From: Mobula hypostoma
Taxonomy: Eukaryota
Reading direction: 5' to 3'
NCBI RefSeq assembly: GCF_963921235.1
Contig: NC_086109.1
Span: forward strand, 434,001-498,000
Length of the DNA stretch: 64,000 bases
Positions 63,801 through 64,000 of this stretch are shown piece by piece. The notes below the pieces were generated by a model. That model was not told where the DNA came from, did no database searches, and saw only the letters and a list, made by a program, of their open reading frames with translations. Every line of letters begins with the position of its first letter. Position 1 is the first letter of the stretch. A program made the position numbers and the translations under genes.

Positions 63801-64000
63801 GTTTCAGGGCAGGAGATTCAGGGCAGGAGTTTCAGGACAGGAGTTTCAGGGCATGAGATTCAGGGCATGAGATTCAGGACAGGAGTTTCAGGGCATGAGT
63901 TTCAGGACAGGAGTTTCAAGGCATGAGATTCAGGGCATGAGTTTCAGGGCATGAGATTCAGGGCATGAGATTCAGGGCAGGAGTTTCAGGGCATGAGATT

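Larger units (their letters stand above)
26104..64000. repeat. 14-bp tandem satellite, consensus CAGGGCAKGAGWTT, roughly 2700 monomers, running off the right edge
   Basis: 14-bp periodicity persists for 37.9 kb. The dominant monomers are CAGGGCAGGAGTTT and CAGGGCATGAGATT, plus CAGGGCAGGAGATT, CAGGGCATGAGTTT and rarer point variants. Confidence 0.98.

Noticed and set aside
1..64000. Telomeric array or immunoglobulin switch region
   Set aside because: There are no TTAGGG tandem runs (only isolated variant monomers). AGCT motifs are sparse, and no Ig exons are present.
1..64000. Periods of 5, 41 and 3x14=42 bp all roughly fit the DNA helical repeat
   Set aside because: Many short periods fit by chance, and there are no phased A-tracts to support a curvature or nucleosome-positioning claim.

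Overview
The whole window is tandem-repeat (satellite/minisatellite) DNA. I see no credible gene, RNA gene, mobile element or CRISPR array. It holds three unrelated arrays. (1) 1-~14134: a degenerate polypyrimidine pentamer satellite (CCCCT/CTCCT)n, (AGGGG/AGGAG)n on the minus strand. (2) ~14128-25903: a 41-bp minisatellite, consensus CAGACACATTCCCCGTCTCCCTGTACATTGTCTCYCCAGTA, fused to array 1 with no spacer. (3) 26104-64000, after a 200-N scaffold gap: a 14-bp satellite, consensus CAGGGCAKGAGWTT. All three carry nested higher-order duplications that can be read from rare variant monomers. The most notable structures are in the 14-bp array. An ~830-bp diverged, CpG-rich block recurs nine times nearly unchanged. 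An ~11.46-kb tandem duplication has patches in its first copy reverted toward the consensus monomer, including a tenth 'ghost' block, which is either gene conversion or a polishing artefact. Every ORF in the supplied track is explained by repeat periodicity. The DNA is most likely eukaryotic heterochromatin (inference); I cannot identify the organism. Internal coordinates were read by eye and are approximate.
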